Below are positions 8,864-19,432 of a DNA stretch of 64,000 nt, piece after piece. The stretch comes from an uncultured Oscillospiraceae bacterium. GTDB lineage: Bacteria > Bacillota > Clostridia > Saccharofermentanales > UBA5734. Where the stretch lies: the NCBI GenBank assembly GCA_964465385.1, contig CAYXIM010000001.1, positions 3,443 to 67,442 of the forward strand. The letters run 5' to 3'. The notes beneath the pieces are model-generated. The model made no database searches. It was not told where the DNA came from and saw nothing but the letters and a program-made list of their open reading frames with translations. A program made the position numbers and the translations under genes. Every line of letters starts with the position of its first letter. Position 1 is the first letter of the stretch.

Positions 8864-9622
8864 ATGGTTGAGGAAGACATCCGTTTGTGGAGCCCGCAAG
8901 AAAGCGCCGATCCAAGCAATCGCACCATTGGGACCTTTCTGTCCCGCCAGCCCTCTTTGACGCTTTACCCGGCTGCTCAGCCACGACGTGCAGGGGCGGT
9001 CCTGATCTGTCCCGGCGGTGGTTACCAGGGGTTGACCCCCCATGAACAAGAGCCGGTTGCCCGCAAGCTCAATGCATTTGGCTTTGATGCTTTTCTACTG
9101 CGATACAGGACCCACCCTGACTTGCACCCGGCCCCTTATCAGGACGTCAAACGGGCCATTGAGCTGGTTCGCCAGCGTGTCAAGCGTGTTGCGGTCATGG
9201 GTTTTTCGGCTGGCGGCCATGTCGCGGCCAGCGCAGGCACCTTATGGGATCACGAAGACAGCAGGCCGGATGCCCTGATTCTGGCTTATCCGGTCATTAG
9301 CTTGGGCAAGGCAGGCCATGCCGGGTCTCGCCGCCATTTGCTCGGTGACCAGCCTAACGAAGCTCTGATCAGTGATTTGTCCTTGGAAAACCGGGTCACA
9401 CGCAAGACCCCGCCAACCTATTTGTGGCACACAGCCGACGATGAGCTGGTTCCTGTGGAGAACAGCCTGCTGCTGGCCACCGCCCTGTCAGCCAAGCAGG
9501 TGCCCTACGCCTGCCGAATCTACCCCAGCGGCCTGCACGGCCTGGGCCTGGCTGAAGACCACCCGCAACTCAGCGGCTGGTTTGAGGAGGCCCTGGCCTT
9601 TCTGGGTGATTTTGGCTTTTAG
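8864..9622 (+). CDS. alpha/beta hydrolase (acetyl esterase/lipase-like)
   Basis: In-frame ATG of ORF 8675..9622, preceded by AGGAGG (8851-8856). Oxyanion region LICPGGGY, nucleophile elbow GFSAGGH, late D...H (TADDELV, GLHG). Confidence 0.8.
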   Translation: MVEEDIRLWSPQESADPSNRTIGTFLSRQPSLTLYPAAQPRRAGAVLICPGGGYQGLTPHEQEPVARKLNAFGFDAFLLRYRTHPDLHPAPYQDVKRAIELVRQRVKRVAVMGFSAGGHVAASAGTLWDHEDSRPDALILAYPVISLGKAGHAGSRRHLLGDQPNEALISDLSLENRVTRKTPPTYLWHTADDELVPVENSLLLATALSAKQVPYACRIYPSGLHGLGLAEDHPQLSGWFEEALAFLGDFGF

Positions 9623-12006
9623 ACAAGGCCCTCCCCACTGCCAGGTATGAGCGACCAGATATCCCGGGCATATTCCTGAACGGTCCGGTCTGAACTGAAG
9701 TGGCCACTTCTGGTGATGTTCAACCAGCTTTTCTGGGACCAGGTCCGCGTGTCCAGATAATCTTTTTGGGCCCGTCGCCGGGTTTGTCGGTATTCTTCAA
9801 AGTCCCCCAGCACGTAATACGGATCCGCCGGCTGCCAGCTGCTTCCATAGAGGAGGCCGTTGTAAAGGTCCTGGAAAAGGCCGCTGCCCTGATCATCCAG
9901 GGTGCCGTCCACCAGGGCATCAACGCAGCGCTTTAAGCCCTTGATATGCTCGTACTGCCATTGCGGGTTGAAGTACTCCAGGGTCGATTTGAAATCTTCA
10001 ATCCGACAGCCGAACAGGTAGGTGTTCTCATAGCCCGCCGCCTGGGCAATCTCCACATTGGCCCCGTCACAGGTGCCCAGAGTCAAGGCGCCATTCATCA
10101 TGAACTTCATGTTGCCCGTTCCCGACGCCTCCATGCCAACGGTTGAGATTTGCTCAGACAGGTCTGCGGCCGGGAACAGTTTTTCGGCTTTTGACACCGA
10201 ATAGTTGGGCAAAAAGACCACCTTGATCCAGCGGTTGACCTGGGGATCCTGATCAATCAAGCGGGCGATCTCGTTGATCAGCTTGATGATGGCTTTGGCC
10301 TTAAAATAGCCCGGGGCTGCCTTGGCACCGAACAAGTACGTGGTGGGCACAATCGCTTGCTGGGGATGGTCTCGGATGGTGAAGTAATCATCCAGGATCA
10401 ACAGGGCATTCATCAGTTGGCGCTTGTATTCGTGGAGCCGCTTGATCTGAATGTCAAACAGAGAAGATGGGTCAACCCGCAAACCCTCCGTTTGCTGGAT
10501 GTAGTCCGACAGCCGGCGTTTATTGGCCTGCTTGATGGCCCGCAAACGTTCCAGGACAGCGGTGTCTTTGGCAAAGGGCTGCAGGTCAGACAAACGGCTC
10601 AAGTCGGTCAGCCAGCCCGCATCGCCAGACAGCTCTGTCAGCAGCGCGGACAGCTTGGGGTTGCTGTTGTGCAGCCAGCGCCGGGGGGTGACGCCATTGG
10701 TTTTGTTGTTGAACCGTTCAGGCCAGATGTCATAAAAGGGCCGCAAGGTTTTGTATTTTAGAATATCGGTGTGCATGGCGGCCACCCCGTTGGTGGATCG
10801 GCTGCCATAAATAGCCAGGAAGGCCATCCTGATTTTACCGTCTCCCAGCGGTGCCATGAGGCGGATCTGTTCTTCGTGGTAACCCTTTTTCTGGCGCTCA
10901 GAACGGAAACGGGCATCGATTTCTTCGATCAGCTGGTAGATGCGGGGGAAGAGGTATTGGAAAATCCGGATGTCCCATTGCTCCAGGGCTTCAGCCATGA
11001 TGGTGTGGTTGGTGTAGGCAAAAACGGACCGGGTCACCGACCAGGCTTCTTCCCAGCCCATCTGGTGCTCATCGATCAACAGGCGCATGAGTTCAGGGAT
11101 GGCAACTACCGGGTGTGTGTCATTGAGCTGAATGCGGTGAAAGTCGGCCAGCTGGCTCAGGTCTGACCCCTGGTGAGCCAGGAAGCGCGACAAAATAGTC
11201 TGCAAGGAGGCGCTGACAAAGAAATATTGCTGTCTGGCCCGCAGCACCTTGCCGTCATAGGACGAATCGTTGGGGTAAAGCACCCGGCAAATGTCTTCAA
11301 CCCGGTTACGCTGGACGACGGCGTCGTCAAAACGCTGGGCGTTGAAGAGGTTGAAGTCAAATTCTTCAGCCGGCTCAGCTTTCCACAGCCTCAAGGTGTT
11401 GATCCGCTCGGTTCCATAGCCGGTGACCGGCAGGTCATAAGGGACAGCAATGACATCCAGGTCCTGGAAGTGCACCCGGACTTTTTCTTGGTTCCTGCGG
11501 ATCAAAAAGGGATAGGGCTCTTCCATCCAGGCATCAGGGTATTCATGTTGGAAGCCTGCTTCAATGGTTTGTTTGAACAGGCCGTAACGGTAGAGCAGGC
11601 CATAGCCATGTAGCGGCAGCCCCTGCGTGGCGGCTGAGTCCAAGAAACAGGCTGCCAGGCGGCCCAGACCGCCGTTGCCAAGGCCCGGGTCGGCTTCTGC
11701 CTCCTCCAGGTCGGCCAGGTTCTGGCCCATGTCTTCAAGGGCCTGCGAGGCCACCTCATAAAGGCCCAGGTTGATCAGGTTGCTGGTCAAGGAGCGCCCG
11801 ATCAAAAATTCAGCAGAAAAATAATGGGCCTGACGGCTGGCCTGATCCTGCCTTCGGGTTTTGTCCCAGCCTTGCGTCAACAACTCCATGACCACGCGCG
11901 ACAAGGCGCGCCAGTAATCGGTCACAGACGCCTCTTCAGGCAGCAAAGCGGTTTCAGCCTGTATCAGGCAAGTCATTTTATCTTTAAGACCTTGTTTATC
12001 GATCAT
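9619..12006 (-). CDS. glgP: glycogen/maltodextrin phosphorylase
   Basis: 795 aa. Pyridoxal-phosphate site EASGTGNMKFMMNGALTLGTCDGANVEI. RBS AGAGGTGA. Confidence 0.95.
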   Translation of the reverse strand: MIDKQGLKDKMTCLIQAETALLPEEASVTDYWRALSRVVMELLTQGWDKTRRQDQASRQAHYFSAEFLIGRSLTSNLINLGLYEVASQALEDMGQNLADLEEAEADPGLGNGGLGRLAACFLDSAATQGLPLHGYGLLYRYGLFKQTIEAGFQHEYPDAWMEEPYPFLIRRNQEKVRVHFQDLDVIAVPYDLPVTGYGTERINTLRLWKAEPAEEFDFNLFNAQRFDDAVVQRNRVEDICRVLYPNDSSYDGKVLRARQQYFFVSASLQTILSRFLAHQGSDLSQLADFHRIQLNDTHPVVAIPELMRLLIDEHQMGWEEAWSVTRSVFAYTNHTIMAEALEQWDIRIFQYLFPRIYQLIEEIDARFRSERQKKGYHEEQIRLMAPLGDGKIRMAFLAIYGSRSTNGVAAMHTDILKYKTLRPFYDIWPERFNNKTNGVTPRRWLHNSNPKLSALLTELSGDAGWLTDLSRLSDLQPFAKDTAVLERLRAIKQANKRRLSDYIQQTEGLRVDPSSLFDIQIKRLHEYKRQLMNALLILDDYFTIRDHPQQAIVPTTYLFGAKAAPGYFKAKAIIKLINEIARLIDQDPQVNRWIKVVFLPNYSVSKAEKLFPAADLSEQISTVGMEASGTGNMKFMMNGALTLGTCDGANVEIAQAAGYENTYLFGCRIEDFKSTLEYFNPQWQYEHIKGLKRCVDALVDGTLDDQGSGLFQDLYNGLLYGSSWQPADPYYVLGDFEEYRQTRRRAQKDYLDTRTWSQKSWLNITRSGHFSSDRTVQEYARDIWSLIPGSGEGLV

Positions 12007-12039
12007 GGTCTATCACCTCTTTGTCTTAATTGAGGCCTT

Positions 12040-12068
12040 AGTATACTGGCTCGTGCTGGTGAGGTCAA
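12040..12068 (-). promoter_or_regulatory. candidate sigma-A promoter of glgP
   Basis: Minus strand reads TTGACC - 17 nt - TATACT, ending about 34 nt upstream of ATG 12006. Confidence 0.6.
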
Positions 12069-12095
12069 ACGCAGACAACCCCGCTTGCCCTGTAA

Positions 12096-12124
12096 TTGCC
12101 AGCTACCGGTGGCCACGGTACAAT
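12096..12124 (+). promoter_or_regulatory. candidate sigma-A promoter of the prepilin-peptidase/CPBP pair
   Basis: TTGCCA - 17 nt - TACAAT, ending 29 nt upstream of ATG 12153. Confidence 0.55.
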
Positions 12125-12152
12125 AGAAACATCTAACACAGGAGGCACCCTT

Positions 12153-12893
12153 ATGCCACAGCTTTTGATCCTTCCTCTGCTGGGCCTGCTGGCCGGATTG
12201 ATTCTGGCCTGGCTTTACAGGCGTATGCCCCTGACCTGGCTGGCAGACTATGATGAAACCGACTTGACCCAGGCCAGGGAGGCCCGAGACGGCTTTCGGT
12301 TTTTCCCTGGCATCCTCTTGCTGGTGCTGGCCGACGGCTTTTTGTTTTTCCTGGGTGCGCTGCTGATCGAGTCAGCCCTGTCCCTGGCCGTCACCTTGTA
12401 CCTGGCCCAGCCCCTGCTCTTGATCGCCGTTGCCGACTGGCGCACCCGCATCATTCCCGACCAATGCCTGATCGCACTCGTGCCAGGCGCCCTGGTGCTT
12501 GTGCTGGATGACCACCTGGCTGCCCGGGCATCTGTGTGGGCCACAACCGGTCTGCGTCTGCTGGCTGCCGTCTTGGCCGCCCTGCTCTTATGGGGCATCA
12601 GCTGGCTGGCTGCCAAGTGGCAGAAAAGAGAAGCCATGGGCATGGGCGATCTTAAACTGCTGGCCGCCTGTGCTTTTTTGGTCGGCCTCAGACAGCTGCC
12701 TCTTTTGTTTATCTTGTCTTTCCTGCTGGCTGCTTTTGTCGCCCTGCCCCTGCTGGTTCGACGCTTTTTGAACCCGGAAGCCGATTCCCAACTGGCCTTT
12801 GGTCCCTACATCGTTTTGGCCACCCTCTTGCTGCTGCTGGCCGGCCCGCACATGGGACAGCTGTGGCAATCTTACCTGGGTTTGTTCCTTTAA
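12153..12893 (+). CDS. A24-family prepilin-type aspartyl peptidase (no N-terminal Cys-rich domain)
   Basis: In-frame ATG of ORF 12096..12893 with AGGAGG at 12141-12146. Both catalytic-Asp contexts are present (VADWRTRIIPD and GMGDLKLLAA). Polytopic. Confidence 0.8.
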   Translation: MPQLLILPLLGLLAGLILAWLYRRMPLTWLADYDETDLTQAREARDGFRFFPGILLLVLADGFLFFLGALLIESALSLAVTLYLAQPLLLIAVADWRTRIIPDQCLIALVPGALVLVLDDHLAARASVWATTGLRLLAAVLAALLLWGISWLAAKWQKREAMGMGDLKLLAACAFLVGLRQLPLLFILSFLLAAFVALPLLVRRFLNPEADSQLAFGPYIVLATLLLLLAGPHMGQLWQSYLGLFL

Positions 12894-12898
12894 GCACC

Positions 12899-13912
12899 AT
12901 GAAACGTTCAAGCCAGGCAAAACCCGTCATCCGGCGTCCGCAAGGCCTGCCCCGGAAAAAGCCAGACCAACCCAAAGCCGTGGCCGCCATGGCTGGAAAC
13001 CTCCTTTTGGTTCACACCCTTGCTAACCTGGCTGCCCTCTGGCTGATCCGCTCCCGCCCCGATCTGTTGCCCTTTCTGACCGAACGGACCGCACAGGCCT
13101 GGGTCTGGCGCACCTTGATCATGCAGGGGGCATTTATCTTGTTGCCTTCTCTGATTGTTTTGCTGACCGGCTCCTTGTCGGGTCAGGCGGTCACCGGCAG
13201 CCGGGCAGCACCCGGTAGCCTTTTTTTGTCACTGGCCATCGGCATCCCGGCTGCGGTTGTCTTCCAAGGGGTCAACAACCTCCTGCTCTTCCTGCTGGCC
13301 CGCAGCGGCCTGCCCCTGCCTGCAGCCTCTGAAAGCGACTGGTTCCATAACCTGCAGCTCTTTTCCCTGCCACCTTTCACCGTGCTGCTGGTTGTTCTGG
13401 TGGCCGCGCTGATCCCGGCTGTTGTGGAAGAGCTGGCCTTTCGCGGCATTGTCTTCTCCGCCCTGCGCGCGACCGGCGCCAGGCGATCGGCTTATATCTG
13501 GCAGGCGTTGGCCTTCGCCCTCTTTCACGCAGATCCCCTCTTCATCCTGCCCCCTTTCCTGTCCGGCCTGCTGCTGGCCTTTGTTCGCGACCGCTGTGGC
13601 CGCCTGTGGCCGGCCGTCCTGACCCATTTTTCTTTAAACATGACCCTGATCGCCCTGGCCCCCCTCCTGCCCCGCCTGACCCAGAGCATGATGTTGGAAG
13701 CCCAGGTCCGAACCCCTTCTTTGCTGTACGCCTCCCTGGTCGCAGCCTGTATCGCAGCTGTTGCCCTGATCCCCCTGCTGGTCTGGGCCAGCCAGCTCAA
13801 ACGGCCAGGCCGCACGGAACCAGCAAGAGGGCTCTTTTTTCCAGGATCATGGACCTTTGCGTTGGCAATCGCGCTGCAGATTGTTACAATATGGCTGACC
13901 AGCCGCCCCTGA
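12899..13912 (+). CDS. CPBP-family intramembrane glutamic endopeptidase (CAAX protease-like)
   Basis: ORF 12863..13912. Motifs: VVEELAFRG, FALFH, THFSLN. The start is ambiguous (GTG 12863, ATG 12899 or ATG 12989) and no strong SD is present. Confidence 0.78.
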   Translation: MKRSSQAKPVIRRPQGLPRKKPDQPKAVAAMAGNLLLVHTLANLAALWLIRSRPDLLPFLTERTAQAWVWRTLIMQGAFILLPSLIVLLTGSLSGQAVTGSRAAPGSLFLSLAIGIPAAVVFQGVNNLLLFLLARSGLPLPAASESDWFHNLQLFSLPPFTVLLVVLVAALIPAVVEELAFRGIVFSALRATGARRSAYIWQALAFALFHADPLFILPPFLSGLLLAFVRDRCGRLWPAVLTHFSLNMTLIALAPLLPRLTQSMMLEAQVRTPSLLYASLVAACIAAVALIPLLVWASQLKRPGRTEPARGLFFPGSWTFALAIALQIVTIWLTSRP

Positions 13913-13930
13913 GGCATTGAGGAGCTGACC

Positions 13931-15145
13931 ATGGCCGAGCACGACCCCTTGCAACACAACAAAGCCGTTATCCTGGCCATCATCAAATATTTTTTAATCC
14001 TGCTGGTGGCAGGCCTGTGTGTTTACTTTGGTTTTCGCCTCTTCATCATCCTCATGCCGTTTGTCATTGGCACGGTCCTGGCCCGCCTGTCAACCCAGAC
14101 CGTTTCCGGCATCCGCAAAGGCTTTGTGCGCCTGGGCCGAAAGCTGAGGCAGCTGCGTGGCAAGGATGACACAGGTTCAGGGCAGGGGCTGGCCCGCTCC
14201 AAGTTGGAAAAACAGGCGGCCCTGGTGGTCTACATCCTGATCTTGCTTTTGTTCCTGGGCCTGGTGGTGGGCAGCGTCCTCCTGATCATCAGCCAGTTGC
14301 GTGCGCTGGCCGCAAACCTACCCAAGTTCGTCAACACCAGCGATTTCCTCAACCAGCTTGTCGACCAGCTTGACCACTGGTCCAATCGCCTGGGCGGCTT
14401 GATTCCCCCGCAATACCTGCTGGCTCTGGAAAGCGAACTGGTCAACATCCAGCAACGGTTTTTACAAAGCGTCTCGTCTCTGGTTGGGTCCACTTTAAAT
14501 GCCCTGGCGGGCTTTGCCGCCCACCTGCCCATCTTGTTTTTTATGTTTGTTGTGGTGATCATGTCCGGCTTTTACTTTATTTCGGACACCAAAGCCATCT
14601 ACAGCTTTTTATACCGAAACATCCCCAGCCGCACCTTTCGTGACAAGACCTTGCGCCTGGTCAATTCGTTGTTCCACAAGCTCTTTCGCGTGATTGGCGG
14701 TTATTTGCTGCTGCTGGTGCTGACCTACATCATGGCCCTGATTGGTCTGTTGCTGATCCGCATGCCCTATGCCGCAGTCATTGCCAGCGTCGTGGCACTG
14801 GTGGACCTGCTGCCCATTCTGGGCATCTCAACCACCATGATCCCCATCGCCCTCTACCAGTTTATTCAGGGCAACATCTGGGGTGGCATCGGTGCCCTGC
14901 TTATCCTGGTCACCATCACCATGATTCGACGCTTCATCGAGCCCCCCATTCTGGGCAACGCCATGCAGCTTCACCCGCTGGCCACCCTCTTTTCCATGAT
15001 TTTGGGCATCAGGCTCTACGGGTTGGGCGGTCTTTTGCTGGGTCCTATTGTGCTTGTGGTCGCTTTGGAAGTCATTCGCCTGTTTGAAATTGACCAGCGT
15101 TTCAGGGTCTGGTTTGGCAACCTGCTCAACCGCTTGAGCCCGTAG
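13931..15145 (+). CDS. AI-2E family transporter (YtvI/PerM-like integral membrane protein)
   Basis: 404 aa with GAGGAG RBS. Eight hydrophobic segments and the C-terminal pattern IEPPILGNAMQLHPLATLFSMILG typical of the family. Confidence 0.8.
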   Translation: MAEHDPLQHNKAVILAIIKYFLILLVAGLCVYFGFRLFIILMPFVIGTVLARLSTQTVSGIRKGFVRLGRKLRQLRGKDDTGSGQGLARSKLEKQAALVVYILILLLFLGLVVGSVLLIISQLRALAANLPKFVNTSDFLNQLVDQLDHWSNRLGGLIPPQYLLALESELVNIQQRFLQSVSSLVGSTLNALAGFAAHLPILFFMFVVVIMSGFYFISDTKAIYSFLYRNIPSRTFRDKTLRLVNSLFHKLFRVIGGYLLLLVLTYIMALIGLLLIRMPYAAVIASVVALVDLLPILGISTTMIPIALYQFIQGNIWGGIGALLILVTITMIRRFIEPPILGNAMQLHPLATLFSMILGIRLYGLGGLLLGPIVLVVALEVIRLFEIDQRFRVWFGNLLNRLSP

Positions 15146-16391
15146 GCTGGGTGTCCAGCCGACGAATAAAAGCATCGGCTTGGACAGGCGCTTCTGTTTT
15201 AAGGAAAAAATACATGTTGGGATGGGGGGCGCAAGCCAAGGGCTGGCCCTCTAAATCAAAAAGCGTGGCTGACACAATGGCCTGGCTGCTGCCGTCAGGC
15301 TGCATGATTTCAAGGTCTTGCCCCGTGCTAAGCCGGTTTCGTTGTTCGACCAGGGCCAGGTGGCGGCCGGGCAACCAGGCTTTGACCACGCCGACGACGG
15401 TCGCAGACCGTTCTTCACGTTTGTGCCGGGACAGGTTGGCCTGCTGCCCAGGTGTTTGAAAGGCAAAGCCGGTGCCAAAGGGCCGATGGTTCGTTTTTTC
15501 TAAATCCCGGCGCCAGCCGGGGTCCACAGCCCAGCCGGCTGGATCGGCCAGATAGGTGTCCAGGGCCTTGCGGTAGGTTCCCACAACAGTGGCAACATAA
15601 TAGGCGCTTTTCATGCGCCCTTCAATTTTAAAACTGGACAGACCGGCCTGGACCAGCTCCGGCAGGTGATCGATCAGGCACAGGTCTCGGCTGCTCAGCA
15701 GGTAGGAGCCCCGCGCATCCGCCTCCAGGCTCAGGCGGTGCCCGGGGTTCTGGCTTTCAACCAGTTCATAGGCCCACCGGCAAGGCTGGGCGCACTGGCC
15801 CCGGTTGGCATCCCGGCCGGTCAGGTCAGCAGACAAGAGACAGCGCCCCGAATAGGCCACGCACATGGCCCCATGGACGAAGCCCTCCAGCTCCAGCTGT
15901 GGCGGGGTGTGTTGTCGGATGTGGGCTATTTCTCCCAGGGTCAGCTCCCGGGCCAGGACGATGCGTTTGGCACCCTGCCGGTGCCAGAAGCTGCAGGCTG
16001 CTTCATTGGTGATGCTGGCCTGGGTGCTGATGTGGATGGCCTGGTCAGGTTGACGCGCCCGGATCAGCGAGAAGATACCCGCATCGGAAACAATCACGGC
16101 ATCCGGTCCGGTCGCCAGCAGGTTGTCAAGCTGCCGGTTCAGGTCAGACAGGTCGCCTGGATGGGCCAGGATGTTCAAGGTCAGGTAGGCCCGGCGCTTG
16201 TGCCGGTGCACCAGGGCGATGGCGTCTGCCAGGTCCGCCTGCGAAAAGGTGGCGCTGGAGGCGCGCAGACCAAACTGGCTGGCTGACAGGTAGACAGCAT
16301 CAGCCCCATAACGAAGGGCCATTTCCAGTTTTTCCCGGTTGCCGGCCGGAGCCAGCAGTTCCAGTTGCAAAAGCCGGGCGGCTTCAGCCAT
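15126..16391 (-). CDS. U32-family peptidase-like protein (YrrO/TrhP-like, probable RNA hydroxylation factor)
   Basis: ORF 15126..16538. I prefer ATG 16391 (MAEAARLLQLELLAPAGN...), which overlaps the mltG stop (ATGGCTGA). Motifs: YGADAVY, GAMCVAYSGRCLLS, E..S.KIEGR. mltG followed by U32 genes is a conserved Firmicutes arrangement. Confidence 0.85.
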   Translation of the reverse strand: MAEAARLLQLELLAPAGNREKLEMALRYGADAVYLSASQFGLRASSATFSQADLADAIALVHRHKRRAYLTLNILAHPGDLSDLNRQLDNLLATGPDAVIVSDAGIFSLIRARQPDQAIHISTQASITNEAACSFWHRQGAKRIVLARELTLGEIAHIRQHTPPQLELEGFVHGAMCVAYSGRCLLSADLTGRDANRGQCAQPCRWAYELVESQNPGHRLSLEADARGSYLLSSRDLCLIDHLPELVQAGLSSFKIEGRMKSAYYVATVVGTYRKALDTYLADPAGWAVDPGWRRDLEKTNHRPFGTGFAFQTPGQQANLSRHKREERSATVVGVVKAWLPGRHLALVEQRNRLSTGQDLEIMQPDGSSQAIVSATLFDLEGQPLACAPHPNMYFFLKTEAPVQADAFIRRLDTQPTGSSG

Positions 16392-17532
16392 GGCTCTCGC
16401 CTTCCTGGGCGTCAAGCAGGGCCTGGTAATAGGCGATGTTTTTTTCCTGTTGGGCATAATCGATGGCAAAGGCGTTGGTTCCGTCGCCCTTGGCGCTGAA
16501 GAAATAGTAGCCGTGGCTTTCGGGCCAGAGGGCTGCACGGATGGCGTCTTCGCCTGGCGAGCAGATGGGGCCCGGTGGCAATCCCCCGTTCAGATAAGTG
16601 TTGTAGGGGTTGTCAAATTCATCAATGTCTTCGTTGAGCAGCCACAACTTGGCCTCCTGGCCCGTTGCCTTGCGCAGGTAATTGACGGTCGCACAAGAGC
16701 TCAGGGTCATGTCTATCTTCAGCCGGTTGTAAAACACCCCTGAGACCGTCCGCATTTCTTCAATCATCTGGCACTCCATCTGGATGATGGACGCCAAAAT
16801 GATGACGTCATCCATGGATCGGTCGATGTAGCGGGCCCGTTCCAGGTATTCCTCAATCAGCTTGTGCTCCGTGTTGTTGAGAAAGGTGCGGATGATGGTC
16901 TCTTCATCAGTGTTGATATCAAATTCATAGGTGTCTGGAAACAAGTAGCCCTGCAAGAGCCAATCACGGCCCGGTCGTTGCTCAATCTCGGTGACGAAGT
17001 CATAGTCCAGGAAGATCTGGGGGTTGCGAACCAGGCTGTCCAAGACGTTTTCATCAAAACGGACACCGGCTTCTTCCAGCCGTTGCTTGACCTCACCGTA
17101 GGTCAGCCCTTCCGGAAAGGTGACATGGACGGCCTGGGGCTTTTGACAGAGCAAAAACATCATCTCATCATAGCCCAGATCCGGGACCAAGTAATGGGTT
17201 CCCGCCATGTAAGCCCCGTCAAAGCCATTGAACTTGGACAGGATGGTAAACATGAAGGTGTTTTCAACCAGGCCGTTGTTCTCCAGAATTTCAGCAATTT
17301 GCTTGGTGTCCGAGGCACGCGGGATGATAATCTCAACCACATCTTTGGTTTCTGGACCGATCTCCTGCCCGCCTTCCCCAGGATCAAACCGTTTTTGCAG
17401 CCGCTCCATGCGGATGCTCTGCGAAATAATGTAGTTGTAACCGAAATAAAAACCGGCTGTTGCCACACCGATCAACACAAAGATAATCAGGACGGCCAGA
17501 AGGGTCCGGCCAATTTTTTTCGAAAACATCAC
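16384..17532 (-). CDS. mltG: endolytic murein transglycosylase MltG (YceG-like)
   Basis: 382 aa. N-terminal TM anchor, a LysM-like segment, the YceG core (LASIIQMECQ, NPYNTYLNGGLPPGPICSPG) and the FFSAKGDGTNAFA tail. Start is GTG 17532 or ATG 17529. Confidence 0.9.
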   Translation of the reverse strand: MMFSKKIGRTLLAVLIIFVLIGVATAGFYFGYNYIISQSIRMERLQKRFDPGEGGQEIGPETKDVVEIIIPRASDTKQIAEILENNGLVENTFMFTILSKFNGFDGAYMAGTHYLVPDLGYDEMMFLLCQKPQAVHVTFPEGLTYGEVKQRLEEAGVRFDENVLDSLVRNPQIFLDYDFVTEIEQRPGRDWLLQGYLFPDTYEFDINTDEETIIRTFLNNTEHKLIEEYLERARYIDRSMDDVIILASIIQMECQMIEEMRTVSGVFYNRLKIDMTLSSCATVNYLRKATGQEAKLWLLNEDIDEFDNPYNTYLNGGLPPGPICSPGEDAIRAALWPESHGYYFFSAKGDGTNAFAIDYAQQEKNIAYYQALLDAQEGESHG

Positions 17533-17556
17533 AAGCCCCCTTGTGGATGCGCTGGT

Positions 17557-19413
17557 TTACGGCTCAAGCGGCTGGGCCTGCTGCCTCATCCGCTCGTGTG
17601 CGTTCAGGATGCGTTTGCGCAAGCGGATGGCCTTGGGCGTGATTTCAATCAGCTCGTCATCGGCTACAAATTCCAGCATCTGCTCCAGGCTCAGCTGTAC
17701 GGGTGGGGTCAGCCGCAAGGCATCATCCGATCCAGCCGCACGGATGTTGGTCATTTGCTTGCGCCTGCAGACATTGATCAACAGGTCACCGATCTTGGCG
17801 TGTGAGCCCACGACCATGCCGGCATAGACGGCCGTTCCTGGCTCAATCATCAAGGTGCCACGTTCCTGTGCCTTGTGAAGGCCATAGGTCACGGCTTGTC
17901 CCGTTTCCCAGGCCACAATCACCCCGTGGTTACGGCTTGCCAGGGTGCCTTTCCACGGCTGGTAACCGATCAGAACGGAGTTCATTATACCATTGCCTTT
18001 TGTGTCGGTCAAAAAGGCGGATCGGTAGCCAATCAAGCCCCGTGAGGGCATGTGGACAGTCAAACGGTTCCAGCCGCGGGTGACTTGTTCCATGCCCTGA
18101 AGTTCGCCTCCGCGCTGGCCCAATTTTTCAATCACCAGGCCCGTAAACGCCTCTGGCAGGTCAATAACAACTTCTTCAACCGGCTCCAGGCGGCGGCCAT
18201 CTTCATGTTTGACAATAACCTCCGGCTTGGAAACCTGAAACTCGTAGCCCTCGCGGCGCATGGATTCAATCAGGATCGACAAATGCAGCTCACCCCGGCC
18301 CTTGACCACAAAGGCCTCGGTCGAGGCTGTCGTCTCCACCTGCAGGGCCACATTTTGGTCCATCTCACGAAACAGGCGGTCGCGCAAATGCCGTGAGGTG
18401 ACATAGGTGCCTTCCCTGCCGGCAAAAGGGCTGTCGTTGACCTGAAAGAGCATGGACAAGGTGGGTTCATCGATGGGCGTGAAGGGCAGCGGATCGATGT
18501 GCTCCGGGTCGCAAAGGGTCTGACCGATGGTGCTGTCGGCCAGGCCGGCCAGGCAGATGATTTCTCCCGCACACGCTGCTTCGATGGTCTGGCGCGCCAG
18601 GCCTTCATAGCGAAAAAGGGCTGTGCTTTTGACCATTTTTCCAGCCTGTCCCCGGTGATCACACACCAGCAAAGACTGGCTTTCCCGGACGCACCCCCGC
18701 TGGATGCGGCCAACGGCCAGCCGGCCCAGGTAGGGGTCGTAATCGATGTTGGAGACCAGCATCTGAAAGGGACCCTGGTCAGATCCCGATGGTGGCGGGA
18801 TAACCGCACAAATCAGGGCCAGCAGAGGGGTCATATCCGCCTGCACTGTGTCTGGCTCTTTTAACGTCTCCAAAAGTGCCCGGTGGTCGGTTGAAGCCAG
18901 GCCAAAACGGGTGGACGCATAGACCACGGGAAAATCCAGCTGCGCCTCCGTGGCATCCAGGTCCATAAACAGCTCCAGGATCAAGTCAACCACCTGTTCT
19001 GGCCGTGCTGTGTCCTTGTCCATTTTGTTGAGGACCACCACCACTTTCAGCTGCATGGCCAGGGCTTTTTGCAAGACAAAACGGGTCTGAGGCATGGGGC
19101 CGTCGGTGGCATCAACCAGCAGCAAGACCCCGTCGACCATGTTCAAGGCGCGTTCCACTTCACCCCCAAAATCCGCATGCCCCGGTGTATCCACCAGGTT
19201 GATGCGAACCGATCCGTAGGTGACAGAAGCATTTTTGGCCACAATGGTGATGCCTCGTTCGCGTTCCAGTTCGTTCTGGTCCATGATCTGGTTGCCAGGC
19301 AGCAGGTTGTCGCGAAACAAGCCGCTCTGTTGAAAAAGGCGGTCGACCAGGGTGGTCTTGCCGTGGTCCACGTGGGCGATGATGGCGATGTTGCGCAGGT
19401 CTTCTCTGGCCAA
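17557..19413 (-). CDS. typA: translational GTPase TypA/BipA
   Basis: ORF 17557..19485. The longest start would overlap der by 53 nt. TTG 19413 has GAAAGGA 9 nt upstream and gives (M)[21 protein letters not shown], the normal BipA N-terminus. G1-G4 motifs are present. Confidence 0.93.
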   Translation of the reverse strand: MAREDLRNIAIIAHVDHGKTTLVDRLFQQSGLFRDNLLPGNQIMDQNELERERGITIVAKNASVTYGSVRINLVDTPGHADFGGEVERALNMVDGVLLLVDATDGPMPQTRFVLQKALAMQLKVVVVLNKMDKDTARPEQVVDLILELFMDLDATEAQLDFPVVYASTRFGLASTDHRALLETLKEPDTVQADMTPLLALICAVIPPPSGSDQGPFQMLVSNIDYDPYLGRLAVGRIQRGCVRESQSLLVCDHRGQAGKMVKSTALFRYEGLARQTIEAACAGEIICLAGLADSTIGQTLCDPEHIDPLPFTPIDEPTLSMLFQVNDSPFAGREGTYVTSRHLRDRLFREMDQNVALQVETTASTEAFVVKGRGELHLSILIESMRREGYEFQVSKPEVIVKHEDGRRLEPVEEVVIDLPEAFTGLVIEKLGQRGGELQGMEQVTRGWNRLTVHMPSRGLIGYRSAFLTDTKGNGIMNSVLIGYQPWKGTLASRNHGVIVAWETGQAVTYGLHKAQERGTLMIEPGTAVYAGMVVGSHAKIGDLLINVCRRKQMTNIRAAGSDDALRLTPPVQLSLEQMLEFVADDELIEITPKAIRLRKRILNAHERMRQQAQPLEP

Positions 19414-19432
19414 AGGCTTGGGTCCTTTCTGG

